Counted from the first letter of the stretch, positions 10,161-20,723 are shown. The stretch: 64,000 nt of DNA from Candidatus Kapaibacterium sp. (GCA_963665665.1 OY762428.1:1536001-1600000), one strand, 5' to 3'. Made by a program: numbers and translations. Notes: generated from the sequence alone by a model not told the origin.

Positions 10161-11867
10161 ATGATTACCAAACCGTCAAACCTGATATACGGCCTTGATG
10201 ACAAACCGCCGGTTGTTGTTAGTTTTTTACTCGGTATACAGCATTACTGGATTGTTGCAATTAGTTTTATTTTTCCTGTATTAATAATACAGGCTATTGG
10301 CGGAACTATCGAACAGTCCGAAGCTTTAGTATCGATGAGTATGCTTGCCGGTGGGATTGGAGTAATTGTTCAGGCTGTAAGATTCAAACATGTCGGAGCA
10401 GGTTATTTCATACCACAGGTTTGCGGCCCTTCTTTTCTTGCAGCATCAATACTCGCCGTAAAAACAGGAGGTTTGTCACTGATGTTTGGTATGACGCTTG
10501 TTGCAGGCTTCTTTGAAGCGGCATTCAGCAGGGTGATGCACAAACTCAGGCCTTTGTTTCCGCCCCAGGTTACCGGGCTGATCGTAGCTATGGTTGGTAT
10601 ATCTGTTATAAAAATTGCCGCAACAAATTTCTTTGATATTAGTGATGATCCGGATATTGTAAAAATTGAATCTATATCAGTTGCATTCCTTACACTCGGA
10701 GTAATGGCAGGACTGAATATCTGGTCTAAAGGTAAAATGAAATTGTTCTGCATTTTGATTGGAATGACTGCCGGATATATTTTTTCTTTCATTTTCGGTG
10801 TGCTTGATACAAGTCATATTCATGAAGTACTGAACGATGATTTTTTTGGTTTCGGGCTTTTGGAGCATCCCGGCCTTAGTTTTGAATGGTCTATGGTTCT
10901 TCCATTTTTTGTTGCAATGCTTTGTTCGTCCCTGAAAAGTATTGGCGATATTACTACCTGCCAGAAGATAAATGACGAGAACTGGATAAGAACAGATTTT
11001 AGAAATGCACAAAAAGGTATTCTGGCTGATTCAATTGGCTGTATGTCAGCCGGACTGCTTGGAGGTATGGGGCAGTCAACATCTTCAACAAATATCGGTC
11101 TTACTATTGCCACGGGGGCAACAAGCCGGAAAATTGGATTTTTCCTTGGTGGTATTTTAATCGTGATGTCTTTTCTGCCACAGTTGTCAGGTTTATTTTC
11201 GATTATGCCCCGGCCTGTTATGGGGGCAACATTATTTTTTGCTCTCAGCTTCATGATAATTGCCGGATTCCAGATAATCAATTCCAGAATGGTTGATGCC
11301 CGGGTAACATTTACCGTTGGCTTATCCATGATCATCGGGTTAAGTGCTGATTTTTATCCCCATGTATTCAAGGATCTGCCGGATTTCCTTGAGCCAGTAT
11401 TTGCAAATTCCCTTTCCACAGCAGCTGTAATTGCAATTATACTTAATTTTATATTCCGCCTTGGTACAAAGATGAGGGTTTCGAAAACATTCAAATTCAA
11501 TGATAAAATTTTTGATAATATTAAATTATTCATGACTCAGAATGGGGGCTCTTGGGGTGCCAGGCGCGAAATAATTGCTAATGCCGTTCATGCTGTTTAC
11601 GAAATTGCCGGAATTTTAAAATTGAAAAAACATGATAAACCCCTAATGGTTATTGCTGAATTTGATGAATTCAAGCTTATTGTGGAAGTTGTTTATGAAG
11701 GCGATATGCTGGATTTCAACCAGGAAAAACCAAATCCGGAAACTTTACTCAATGATCCGGCTTCTATAAATAATCTAAGCCTGCATTTGATTAAACATTA
11801 TGCTGATAGAATCAGTACAAGTGTTAAAGACGGCAGAAATTATATCAGGCTGTCTTTGGACCACTAA
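10161..11867 (+). CDS. NCS2 (xanthine/uracil) permease with cytoplasmic C-terminal extension
   Basis: YGLDDKPP, QH in TM1, LFPPQVTG, STSSTNIGL..TG..SR signature; about 130-aa soluble tail. Confidence 0.88.
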   Translation: MITKPSNLIYGLDDKPPVVVSFLLGIQHYWIVAISFIFPVLIIQAIGGTIEQSEALVSMSMLAGGIGVIVQAVRFKHVGAGYFIPQVCGPSFLAASILAVKTGGLSLMFGMTLVAGFFEAAFSRVMHKLRPLFPPQVTGLIVAMVGISVIKIAATNFFDISDDPDIVKIESISVAFLTLGVMAGLNIWSKGKMKLFCILIGMTAGYIFSFIFGVLDTSHIHEVLNDDFFGFGLLEHPGLSFEWSMVLPFFVAMLCSSLKSIGDITTCQKINDENWIRTDFRNAQKGILADSIGCMSAGLLGGMGQSTSSTNIGLTIATGATSRKIGFFLGGILIVMSFLPQLSGLFSIMPRPVMGATLFFALSFMIIAGFQIINSRMVDARVTFTVGLSMIIGLSADFYPHVFKDLPDFLEPVFANSLSTAAVIAIILNFIFRLGTKMRVSKTFKFNDKIFDNIKLFMTQNGGSWGARREIIANAVHAVYEIAGILKLKKHDKPLMVIAEFDEFKLIVEVVYEGDMLDFNQEKPNPETLLNDPASINNLSLHLIKHYADRISTSVKDGRNYIRLSLDH

Positions 11868-11900
11868 AACGAAATCGTTTATTTTTAAGGAGTATATATA

Positions 11901-13550
11901 ATGACAGTTTTACCAATTATATTATTTAGTATTGCCTGGTTTATTTTTGCATACTACTGGTATGGCGGAATAATAAAAAGGAAAGTCATCCTTTCCGATG
12001 ACAATCAACCCACCCCTTCCCACCAGCAGGAGGACGGGATAGATTATGTGCCGAGTAAGACTTCCATACTTTTCGGCCACCATTTTTCATCTATTGCCGG
12101 CGCAGGGCCTATTGTCGGGCCAATCCTTGCTTTTGCATATTTTGGCTGGCTGCCGGCGGTAATATGGATTCTGGTAGGCTCGGTATTTATGGGCGCGGTG
12201 CACGACTACACTGCCCTTATGGTATCAGTCAGGAACAAGGGAGTATCAATCGTTGAAGTATCCGATAAAGTACTTTCCAAAAAATCCAGGGCAATTTTTG
12301 CAGCCTTTGTATGGATAACACTTATGCTTATCCAGGCTGTTTTTGCAGACCTAGTGGCAAAAACAATGGTTCAGAAGCCGTCGATCGTTATTCCGACTTT
12401 CGGCATTATTTTTATAGCGCTGCTGTTCGGCTATTTTGTTTTCAAAAAAGGATTTAATAACATAGCCGGTACAGTTATAGCGCTGCTGATGCTTCTTGGG
12501 ACAATACAGCTCGGCGATATGTACCCTATCGAAGGCGATTACCAGGTATGGCTTTTTATAACTTTCCTGTATTCCTACCTGGCGTCTATCCTGCCGGTTC
12601 AGATTCTTCTTCAGCCGCGCGACTACCTGACAATGTTTATACTGATATTCGGGCTGCTGCTCGGCTTTGTGGGTGTAGCAATCCTGAATCCTGAAATAAA
12701 TGCCCCCGCAGTTACGGGGTTCAATTCAAGCAACGGGCCGCTCTTCCCCATTTTATTTATAACCATAGCCTGCGGGGCAATTTCCGGATTCCACTCATTG
12801 GTTTCCAGCGGAACAAGCTCCAAACAGCTTAACAAGGAAAGCGACGGACGGAAGGTTGCTTACGGCGGGATGCTTATGGAAGGCGTTTTAGCCCTCCTCG
12901 TTATCGTTATGATTTCTTCCACACTTACATGGAGCCCTGACGGAGCAGGCGGTGAGTTTGTATTCCAGACGCTGCTGAAGAAAAGCGCCATCCTGGTATT
13001 TGGTTCAGCGCTCGGGCTTTCATCCGAATCCCTCGGCGTGCCTCTTGTTCTTGGAATAATGTTCGGCGTGATGATGATGAAGGCATTTATTCTGACAACG
13101 CTGGATACTTCTGCCAGGCTGAACCGATACGTGATGGAGGAAACTCTCGGCGCCTCAATTGGCGGCATATTTAAAAACAAACATTTTGCCACGCTTTCAA
13201 GCCTGCTGGTAGCGTACGCGCTCTGCCTTTTCGACGGCTACAAGGTTCTGTGGCCGATGTTCGGAGCATCTAACCAGCTTATTGCGACACTGGCGCTGTT
13301 TGTAATTTCCGCTTACCTGTTCGGTTTCAAGATTCCGAAATGGTACACGCTGATACCAGCTGTTATAATGCTCTTTGTTACCGAATCAGCGCTTATTTAC
13401 CAGGCATTCTGGGTACACATGCCTAACAACGCCTGGCACCTGGTAACCATATCAGTTCTGCTGTTTGTTCTCGGACTTGTAGTAGCATGGGAATCTGTCG
13501 GTAAGATAAAGAAAATCGGCCTGGAAAACCTTCAGGCTGCTAAAAGTTGA
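11901..13550 (+). CDS. cstA: Carbon starvation protein A
   Basis: DGIDYVP, FGHHFSSIAGAGPIVGP, GAVHD, IACGAISGFHSL, TTLDT..RL and WPMFGASNQL; strong AAGGAG RBS. Confidence 0.95.
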   Translation: MTVLPIILFSIAWFIFAYYWYGGIIKRKVILSDDNQPTPSHQQEDGIDYVPSKTSILFGHHFSSIAGAGPIVGPILAFAYFGWLPAVIWILVGSVFMGAVHDYTALMVSVRNKGVSIVEVSDKVLSKKSRAIFAAFVWITLMLIQAVFADLVAKTMVQKPSIVIPTFGIIFIALLFGYFVFKKGFNNIAGTVIALLMLLGTIQLGDMYPIEGDYQVWLFITFLYSYLASILPVQILLQPRDYLTMFILIFGLLLGFVGVAILNPEINAPAVTGFNSSNGPLFPILFITIACGAISGFHSLVSSGTSSKQLNKESDGRKVAYGGMLMEGVLALLVIVMISSTLTWSPDGAGGEFVFQTLLKKSAILVFGSALGLSSESLGVPLVLGIMFGVMMMKAFILTTLDTSARLNRYVMEETLGASIGGIFKNKHFATLSSLLVAYALCLFDGYKVLWPMFGASNQLIATLALFVISAYLFGFKIPKWYTLIPAVIMLFVTESALIYQAFWVHMPNNAWHLVTISVLLFVLGLVVAWESVGKIKKIGLENLQAAKS

Positions 13551-13629
13551 TTGTTGTAATATTTTTAGAAATTATTTTGGGAAATGTGCAGTATGTAACC
13601 GAAAAGAATGGAAAACATTTAACTGCTTT

Positions 13630-13700
13630 AGCTCCGTAGGAGCGGAATTTTTGTAGTAATTGTATTCATAAATAATAATTAAAGCTCAGGAGAATCGACA
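13630..13700. repeat. Degenerate REP-like palindrome (AGCTCCGTAGGAGC type)
   Basis: GCTCC-GTA-GGAGC palindrome plus a decayed AAAGCTCAGGAG copy; recalled as a common FCB-group extragenic repeat. Confidence 0.4.
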
Positions 13701-13849
13701 GCCTGAGGATATGGGACGACCGCGGAGAACTGATAAAGGAAAAGGCCTTTTGCTATAAAAATTATCAGCGGGAATTTGTCTCCGGCGGTATTGGCTTCGC
13801 CCTTGGCATTATATTCCTCGCAGTATTAAGAAGGTTGATGAGGAAGTGA
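13679..13849 (+). pseudogene. 3' remnant of a gene ending in a TM helix and basic tail
   Basis: Open frame ...IWDDRGELIKEKAFCYKNYQREFVSGGIGFALGIIFLAVLRRLMRK* with no in-frame ATG near its 5' end. Confidence 0.35.
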
Positions 13850-13885
13850 TCTTTATGGGTAAAAATGGAAAAAATAAATAATAGC

Positions 13886-13921
13886 AAAAAAATTCCCCGT
13901 AATATTTCATTCAGGGGAATT
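13886..13921 (-). terminator. Intrinsic terminator after dnaA
   Basis: AATTCCCC...GGGGAATT stem with an A-tract giving a U-run on the minus strand. Confidence 0.6.
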
Positions 13922-13947
13922 CTTATAAAAATTGTACCGATTAATTT

Positions 13948-15441
13948 TTAATAATCGTTCTTCAGCTTTCTAAGCAGTGTTTCGAAAGCGCTTTTTACTT
14001 CTTTATCGGTAACAAGGTAGTTCTCGATTGCGCTGTAGGAATGAAGAACTGTAGAGTGGTCTCTGCCGCCAAAGTTTTTACCGATATTTTTCAAAGACAG
14101 GTCTGTCAGGTTTTTGGCAAGGTACATTGCCATCTGCCTGGCAAGAGCAATTTCGTGTTTCCTTGATTTAGATTCCAGCATTTCCACGGGAATATCATAG
14201 AATTTCGAAACATAGTCTTTTATATCGTCAATGGTAAGAGGTTTGTCCTCGATTTTAATTTGCCCGTGAACAACCTCCTTGGCCAGGTCAAGATCAAGCT
14301 CCCTGCCGTCGAAAGTTACTTTGGCTATAAGGCTGATAAGAATTCCTTCAAGCTCCCTGATATTCGATCTGGCATGTCGGGCAATATATTCTATTACATC
14401 TGTCGATAGTTCGAAACCTTCGTCAAGGCTTTTTCTTTGCAGGATAGCCATTCGCATTTCAAGGTCAGGCTGCTGAATGTCGGCAGTCAGGCCCCACTGG
14501 AATCGGGAAATAAGTCTGTCATCCACTCCCGAAAGTTCTTTTGGCGGACGGTCGCTTGTCAGAATAATCTGCTTTCCTGCCTGGTGCAGTGCATTAAATG
14601 TATGGAAGAAATTATCCTGAGTTTTTTCCTTGCCGCTGAAAAATTGAATATCATCAACGATTAATGTATCTATCTGGCGGTAGAAATTTGTAAACTCGTT
14701 GGTTTTGTTGTTCTGTATCGCGTTAACAAATTCCATCGTGAATTTTTCGCTATTGGTGTAAAGCACCTTGCTTTTATCGTTGGTTCTGATTATCTGGTTG
14801 CCGAGCGCCTGTGCAAGGTGTGTTTTGCCAAGGCCTGTTTCGCCGTAAAGTACCAGTGGGTTGAACCTTGTTCCGCCGGGATTCTGGCTAATGGCAAGAG
14901 CAGCAGAACGCGCAAGCTGGTTGCTTTCGCCCGTAATGAAATTCTCGAAAGAGTAACGCGGGTTAAGGTTCGAGCTGAAAATCTCGTCGGAAACCATATC
15001 AGTGGCAGAAGCGTCGCCGTCCAATCCGCCGCTTGAAGGAGGCTTGCTTAGTCCCGGAAGTTTAATAGTCCTGTTTTCCAGGCTGTCTTCACTTTCATCT
15101 ACTACAATCTGGTATTGAAGGCTTGAACCCTCGCCAAGAACTTTCAGCATAGTTTGCTGCAGCAGATCGTAATAGTGCTCTTCAATCCATTCAAAAAAGA
15201 ACTGGCTGGGAACCAGAATAGTAAGCTTCCTGTTTTCCCATTTAAGCGCCATAATTGGTTCAAACCATGTTCTGAAAACCTGCTTCTCCACGTTGTCGCA
15301 GATAATTTCAAGGCATTTACCCCAATAGGCAACAGCTTTTTTATCTTGGATTATATTTTCATTTTTCCTGATGGTAGGAATGGCATTCACTTCCGTTTCA
15401 TCAGGAAATAATGATAACTTATCAGATTCTTTCTTAAACAC
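13948..15441 (-). CDS. dnaA: Chromosomal replication initiator DnaA
   Basis: LNPRYSFENF, FNPLVLYGETGLGKTHL, VDDIQFF, FFHTFN, RELEG, GGRDHSTVLH; GTG start. Confidence 0.98.
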   Translation of the reverse strand: MFKKESDKLSLFPDETEVNAIPTIRKNENIIQDKKAVAYWGKCLEIICDNVEKQVFRTWFEPIMALKWENRKLTILVPSQFFFEWIEEHYYDLLQQTMLKVLGEGSSLQYQIVVDESEDSLENRTIKLPGLSKPPSSGGLDGDASATDMVSDEIFSSNLNPRYSFENFITGESNQLARSAALAISQNPGGTRFNPLVLYGETGLGKTHLAQALGNQIIRTNDKSKVLYTNSEKFTMEFVNAIQNNKTNEFTNFYRQIDTLIVDDIQFFSGKEKTQDNFFHTFNALHQAGKQIILTSDRPPKELSGVDDRLISRFQWGLTADIQQPDLEMRMAILQRKSLDEGFELSTDVIEYIARHARSNIRELEGILISLIAKVTFDGRELDLDLAKEVVHGQIKIEDKPLTIDDIKDYVSKFYDIPVEMLESKSRKHEIALARQMAMYLAKNLTDLSLKNIGKNFGGRDHSTVLHSYSAIENYLVTDKEVKSAFETLLRKLKNDY

Positions 15442-15493
15442 TTCTTATCCCGTAATAAAGAATATAATACATTCCCCCTTTTCCCGCCGGGGC

Positions 15494-15713
15494 TGTGAAA
15501 AACAATCAATAATAATGGTTATCTTTCAATTCAGAGACAAAAAAATATACCTGTTAATCTGTGCTAAGTGCCTGATATTTAAGGTATATGGTCGATTTTC
15601 CAGTCTTAAATTAAAATTTCTAAACCGAAATTTTAAAAGTCATTCCACTATTTACTTCCACATCCAATTTGTAATATTTTTTACAAAAAGACAAGCAGAA
15701 AATTTGTGAATAA
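15494..15713. promoter_or_regulatory. DnaA boxes upstream of dnaA (autoregulation, possible oriC part)
   Basis: TGTGAATAA at 15705-15713 matches TTATNCACA; weaker TGTGAAAAA at 15494-15502; AT-rich flank. Confidence 0.45.
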
Positions 15714-15864
15714 ACTTTTTTTTTACTTGCAATTTTCCAAAGTTCGAACTATCATATAGTTATTAAATTCAGGATTTAATATTAAAATAATATCATTAAT
15801 GATTCATACTGAAATAATATCCCCGAATCAATATTTAAGAGCCCGAGAATTTTGAAAAATAGAT

Positions 15865-15891
15865 TTTAACTTTTTCTGCATTTCATGTGTC
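15865..15891 (+). promoter_or_regulatory. Putative ECF-sigma promoter
   Basis: TTTAAC-N17-TGTC; shares TTTCATGTGTC with the motifs at 29415 and 31492. Confidence 0.35.
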
Positions 15892-16001
15892 ATAACAATG
15901 ACTGATGAAATATTTACGCCAAAGAACTGTCATTAACAGTAATGAACTATTGGCAAATTATAACAAAATTAATTAACAAAAAACTTTGAAATTTGACTGA
16001 A

Positions 16002-18374
16002 ATGATAAGAATATTCAATACAAAAACTTACCTGCTGACATTTTTTTTAGCTTTTTTTACATTGCAAAAAGCCAATGGTTTCTGGGAAAAAATTGATATT
16101 GACTATACGGGATTTCAGGATGTCTACTGGCTGGAAGTTTTCTTTCTACCGGATAATCCGGACTACGGGTGGCTTTGCGGCTACAACAGCGCCGTTCTGA
16201 TAACAACAGATGGCGGCCAGACATGGGAAGGCTCTCATGTTGAAGAAAACATGATAATGCAATTGGAGAGTATAATATTTGTAAATGAGAAAACCGGGTA
16301 TACATCCGGATCAGGCAGGATTTTTAAATCGACTGACGGCGGGCATAACTGGCGGGATGTAACACCACGTTATTTCTCCCCAAGTATCTGGGGGAATTTC
16401 TTCATTGACGAAATGAACGGAGTCTGTGTTGGCGGAGGCTGTATTCAGCAAGACCCGCAACAATTCTATATTACATCGGACGGAGGATTGAACTGGGATG
16501 TTACATATAAAAACAAACTCGGAACAGGCCTTACCGATGTGGTGATTTATGAAAAGGGAGGCCTGGGGTATGCAGTTTCAAGCGGTAAAATATGGATTAC
16601 CGAAGATGGCGGCAAAGACTGGTTTATATTTTCGGAAAGCGGCAACGAGGACTGGCAGGAAGAACTTGCCCATTCCGGTAACAGCTTCCTTTTTCCATTC
16701 TCAACGGAATGCTCGGGAAACGGAGATAGCGGCGGAATGCGAATGTCGACCAATTTTGGATCTACCTGGCGCGAATATACCACGGGTGCTTCCATGTTCG
16801 GTTCCTTTCTGCATGATGAAATGCGTGGCTGGACGTGCGGTTTCAGTGGGAATATACATTATACAAGCGATGGCGGGCAAACCTGGGAACTTCGGAACTG
16901 CGGCGCGGAAGGATACAATCTTGACGATATTTGGTTTCTGAACGATACTGTCGGTTATGTTGTAGGTGAATCTGCAATATTTAAGTATATAAATGTTTCA
17001 GATACTGCAAAGCCTGAAATATTTGTAGACGGCCCCGATGTTCTATGCCCCGGCGAATATACTTCAATCAGAGCTGCCGACGGATTTGTATCATATAAGT
17101 GGTCAACTGGTGAAACCGGACAGACCATAGTAGTAGACAAACCCGGAAAATACTGGGTCAGGGCGGAAATTAACCCTTGCATAAGGGGTAACTCGGATAC
17201 CGTCGAGATAATGTTGGCACCTGAACCGGAGATAACTATAACAACCCTGCCAGAAGGGACTGTATGTGAGGGAGATACCATACAGATGACGGCAAATTCA
17301 GAATATGATATCTATCGATGGGATGACGGAACAACAGGCAAAGTGAGTACTGCAACAGAAAGCGGTACATATACCGTTTATGTTACAGATATTTACGGCT
17401 GTGAATGGAGCAAAAGTATTGAACTTGATTTTATGCCAAATCCTGAACCTTCCCTGGAATATATTGGCAGGTACAGATTCTGCCAGGGAGATACTGCAAT
17501 ATTAAGAACGGATCAAGAATATAATACTTATGAATGGTATAGGGAAAAAGGCGGTAGCATGCAGGAGCTTGATGAAAAAACCAGGAGTATCGCTGTAACC
17601 GAATCGGGATTATATAATGTTGTTGTTACCAACCAGTGGGGTTGCGAAGGTGTATCCGAGCAAGTTGAAGTAGAAGTTCGCCTTGATACAAACAAATTGG
17701 AATTCGTTTGGGCTTCACAGCGAAAAGAACATGAGATTGATTCAACTGTTTACCGTGATCTGACATGCAATGATATCATTATCCGTAATAAAGGCTGGAA
17801 GCCTGCGGTTATTGATGAGCTTGTCCTGTTTAATAATATTGCTTTTTCATTTCCGCAGAGCCAATTTCCCGTAACAATAGCACCGTTCGATTCCGCAAGG
17901 ATAGAAATCTGCTACAGCCCCACAGATATCGGTACACAACGCGATACTGTTCTGCTTCCGGATATATGCAGCGACCACCTGCTGCCAATTATTTCCACCG
18001 GGCTGGAACTTATATACAATATTGATACCAAATGTGATGTAGGTATAAGACTGTCTGCCAGGCCTTATGAAAATTACGTTTATGTTCCCCTGGGCAACTA
18101 TCCAAATCCTGCCTCGGTTAATTTTGTTGTTGATTTCTTTGAATTCCTGCCGGAAGATGAAGAGTCATTAGTCAGCGCCAGGCTGTATGATTATCTCGGG
18201 AACAAATTAATATCAGCCCTGCCTGACTTTTCTAAATCAGTAAAGAAAGAAAAAGGAACAGAAAGATTCGGTTTCTTCAATATCGATATTTCCGGTTTAA
18301 GAAGCGGTTCATACCAGCTGGTTATCAATGCCGGCAGAAAGGCATATCACTATTCGGTTGTTGTCAACAGGTGA
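16002..18374 (+). CDS. Secreted BNR/YCF48 beta-propeller protein with Ig-like repeats and T9SS type A C-terminal domain
   Basis: Repeated T.DGG..W Asp-boxes, YKWSTGET Ig-like repeats, YPNP...IDISGLRSGSY tail. Confidence 0.85.
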   Translation: MIRIFNTKTYLLTFFLAFFTLQKANGFWEKIDIDYTGFQDVYWLEVFFLPDNPDYGWLCGYNSAVLITTDGGQTWEGSHVEENMIMQLESIIFVNEKTGYTSGSGRIFKSTDGGHNWRDVTPRYFSPSIWGNFFIDEMNGVCVGGGCIQQDPQQFYITSDGGLNWDVTYKNKLGTGLTDVVIYEKGGLGYAVSSGKIWITEDGGKDWFIFSESGNEDWQEELAHSGNSFLFPFSTECSGNGDSGGMRMSTNFGSTWREYTTGASMFGSFLHDEMRGWTCGFSGNIHYTSDGGQTWELRNCGAEGYNLDDIWFLNDTVGYVVGESAIFKYINVSDTAKPEIFVDGPDVLCPGEYTSIRAADGFVSYKWSTGETGQTIVVDKPGKYWVRAEINPCIRGNSDTVEIMLAPEPEITITTLPEGTVCEGDTIQMTANSEYDIYRWDDGTTGKVSTATESGTYTVYVTDIYGCEWSKSIELDFMPNPEPSLEYIGRYRFCQGDTAILRTDQEYNTYEWYREKGGSMQELDEKTRSIAVTESGLYNVVVTNQWGCEGVSEQVEVEVRLDTNKLEFVWASQRKEHEIDSTVYRDLTCNDIIIRNKGWKPAVIDELVLFNNIAFSFPQSQFPVTIAPFDSARIEICYSPTDIGTQRDTVLLPDICSDHLLPIISTGLELIYNIDTKCDVGIRLSARPYENYVYVPLGNYPNPASVNFVVDFFEFLPEDEESLVSARLYDYLGNKLISALPDFSKSVKKEKGTERFGFFNIDISGLRSGSYQLVINAGRKAYHYSVVVNR

Positions 18375-18477
18375 TTTTTCATAATTATCACAATTTTTTC
18401 TATTATCCGGAAATTGTAAAATCCTTCTTCCTAAATTCAAAGATGCAGTTTTGCTAAAGTGCTTATAGAATCATTTC

Positions 18478-19770
18478 TCATTCTTTCACAACCTGAACAC
18501 TGTCCTCTCCGATATCAATTAATCTTGGGATTTCGATCTTTTCAAGCATAGGATTATATTTATCCATGAGTGCATTGAAGTTGGCACGTAGTGAGTCCGG
18601 AACCGGTTTTAGCGGAGGCGCAGCTACCTTGGAAGGGTTCACTGCCCTGCCTCCCTGGTACATTCTGAAGTCCAGATGCGGCCCGGTGGAAAGGCCGGAA
18701 CTGCCTACATAACCAATAACCTCGCCCTGCTTTACATGTTTTCCTGCCCTTACACCTTTTGCATATCCGCGTAAGTGCAGGTAAGCGCTTGTATATGAAT
18801 TAGCATGTTTCACTTTGATCATTCTTCCGGCTCCGCCACTTCGCCCTGCAAATATAACCTTACCGTCGCCAATGGAATAAACAGGCGTACCGATCGGAGC
18901 TGCATAATCTATCCCGTGGTGAGGGCGTCTGATTTTCAGGATTGGATGTAATCGGCTGTTTGAAAAACCAGAGCTGATCCTGCTGAATTTCAACGGCGCC
19001 TTCAGGAACATACGCTTCATGCTCTCACCATTCTGGTCGAAGTACTCGCTATCAATTTCATCGAAGCAAAAAGCACGGAATTCCTCACCCTCGGAATTGA
19101 AAAGTGCGGCATAAATTTTCTCGGGCCCGATTGATTCTCCGCCAACAAAACGTTCGTTAAATATCAGTTTGTAATAATCGCCTTTCTGCAGTCCGAAGAA
19201 GTCAACTGTCCATGCAAAAACATCATTCATCATCATAGTAAGTTCAGGGCCTGAGCCGGCATTTATCATGCTGTTCCATAAGCTGCTTTCAATGATTCCT
19301 CCTATCATCCGCAGGGAATCTTTTACAGGCCTGGATGCTTCGAACCATCCTTCCGGCTGTGATATTGGGAAAACAATGTAACTGAGCGCGTTATACTCAT
19401 AAATAAAATAATCCGGGATTGTGGTGCTGTCTTTTTCTTTTAGGAAAAAACATGTTTTTCCGGCACGAATTTTTTTAATATCAAAATTTTCAGTCTCTAC
19501 TTCAGCAATTTTCAGAACAGTTTCGTAATCAATAAACTCATCCTGAAGAATTGTTGATATTATTTCATTATCAGCTATTTCATGCTTATGAATTTCAGGT
19601 TGATTCCTGAAAAGAGTATCAAGGGCAGGGCCGAAACCGGTGATAACTTCCGGCGGCATTTCTACTTTTACAGGTTGATCAATTGTATCTTTGTTTTCTT
19701 TTTCATTGCATGCAAAGGCCGATAGGATCAAAAAAATCAATAAAACGGAATTTAAAATTTTCTTTTGCAT
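18478..19770 (-). CDS. M23 family murein DD-endopeptidase (MepM-like) lipoprotein
   Basis: AFAC lipobox; RISSGFS..R.HP, HHGIDYAAP.GTPV, YLHL and STGPHLDFR. Confidence 0.92.
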   Translation of the reverse strand: MQKKILNSVLLIFLILSAFACNEKENKDTIDQPVKVEMPPEVITGFGPALDTLFRNQPEIHKHEIADNEIISTILQDEFIDYETVLKIAEVETENFDIKKIRAGKTCFFLKEKDSTTIPDYFIYEYNALSYIVFPISQPEGWFEASRPVKDSLRMIGGIIESSLWNSMINAGSGPELTMMMNDVFAWTVDFFGLQKGDYYKLIFNERFVGGESIGPEKIYAALFNSEGEEFRAFCFDEIDSEYFDQNGESMKRMFLKAPLKFSRISSGFSNSRLHPILKIRRPHHGIDYAAPIGTPVYSIGDGKVIFAGRSGGAGRMIKVKHANSYTSAYLHLRGYAKGVRAGKHVKQGEVIGYVGSSGLSTGPHLDFRMYQGGRAVNPSKVAAPPLKPVPDSLRANFNALMDKYNPMLEKIEIPRLIDIGEDSVQVVKE

Positions 19771-19994
19771 TATTTCTTTGTTATCTTTTAAAAAATTTTT
19801 TATTTCTCAAATCGTAGTTTTAACACATACAAAGATAAAAAATATGATAACAAAAACATTTATGAACGTATATTATATGATGAAAGAAATGAAATATTGA
19901 TAAAATCATTTACACTCATCTGATTGCCTGGAGCAAACGGATGATAAATAAAGCTAAAAAAGAAATTAATAACATGACAATGGTTAAGAAAATT

Positions 19995-20723
19995 ATGAAC
20001 AAAAAAATCAAATTTACAATCCTGACAACCCTTTTTACATTTATTTTATTTTCCGGGGCAACGGCGCAGATGTTTTCAGTACCGGGGCATATCACAAGAG
20101 AAATGATAAAGGATTCCGTACAATATAATGGCCACAATGTAAGATATTTCAAATCCCTGCCGGTTAATTATGATAGTACAAAATTCTACCCGGCAATGAT
20201 AGCTTTTTCCGGTGGATTAGCTTTCGAAAGGATAGTTGAATATTGCTATTTCACACAGTTCCGGTCAATTTATATTCGTAAGGATTTTATCACTATTATG
20301 CCTGTTGCAGACGAAGGTAAATCTTTTAAAGATTATACTGATGATGATCTGAAACTTATGCTTGGAGCGATCAGGCAGCAGGAAAGTATAGCTGATACCG
20401 GATGGATAGCTGCAGGAACAGCTTTTGGCAGCCATGCTGCTTTCAACCTGCCAAGAATTTATCCTGCAATGTTCCAGGGAATTATTGTTATGCCCGGAGA
20501 AATTCCTTTCAACGATATTCCCGAAGAATGGAAGCACTTGAAAATTCTACTTGCAATACCTGAAAAAGACAGCTATGAATGGAAAGAATACTGGGAAAAA
20601 ACATATAAAATTTTAAGCGAAAACAAAATTAAAACTATTAAGTTCGTTATGAAAGACCAACCTCATGTTGTTCTCCCGCGATATGATATTGACCTTGTTT
20701 ACGAAGAATATTTTAATAATTAA
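19995..20723 (+). CDS. Secreted alpha/beta-hydrolase-fold-like protein
   Basis: Signal peptide; LPVNYD....YP.MI.F.GG and P.MF.GII patterns; elbow reads GTAFG. Confidence 0.55.
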   Translation: MNKKIKFTILTTLFTFILFSGATAQMFSVPGHITREMIKDSVQYNGHNVRYFKSLPVNYDSTKFYPAMIAFSGGLAFERIVEYCYFTQFRSIYIRKDFITIMPVADEGKSFKDYTDDDLKLMLGAIRQQESIADTGWIAAGTAFGSHAAFNLPRIYPAMFQGIIVMPGEIPFNDIPEEWKHLKILLAIPEKDSYEWKEYWEKTYKILSENKIKTIKFVMKDQPHVVLPRYDIDLVYEEYFNN

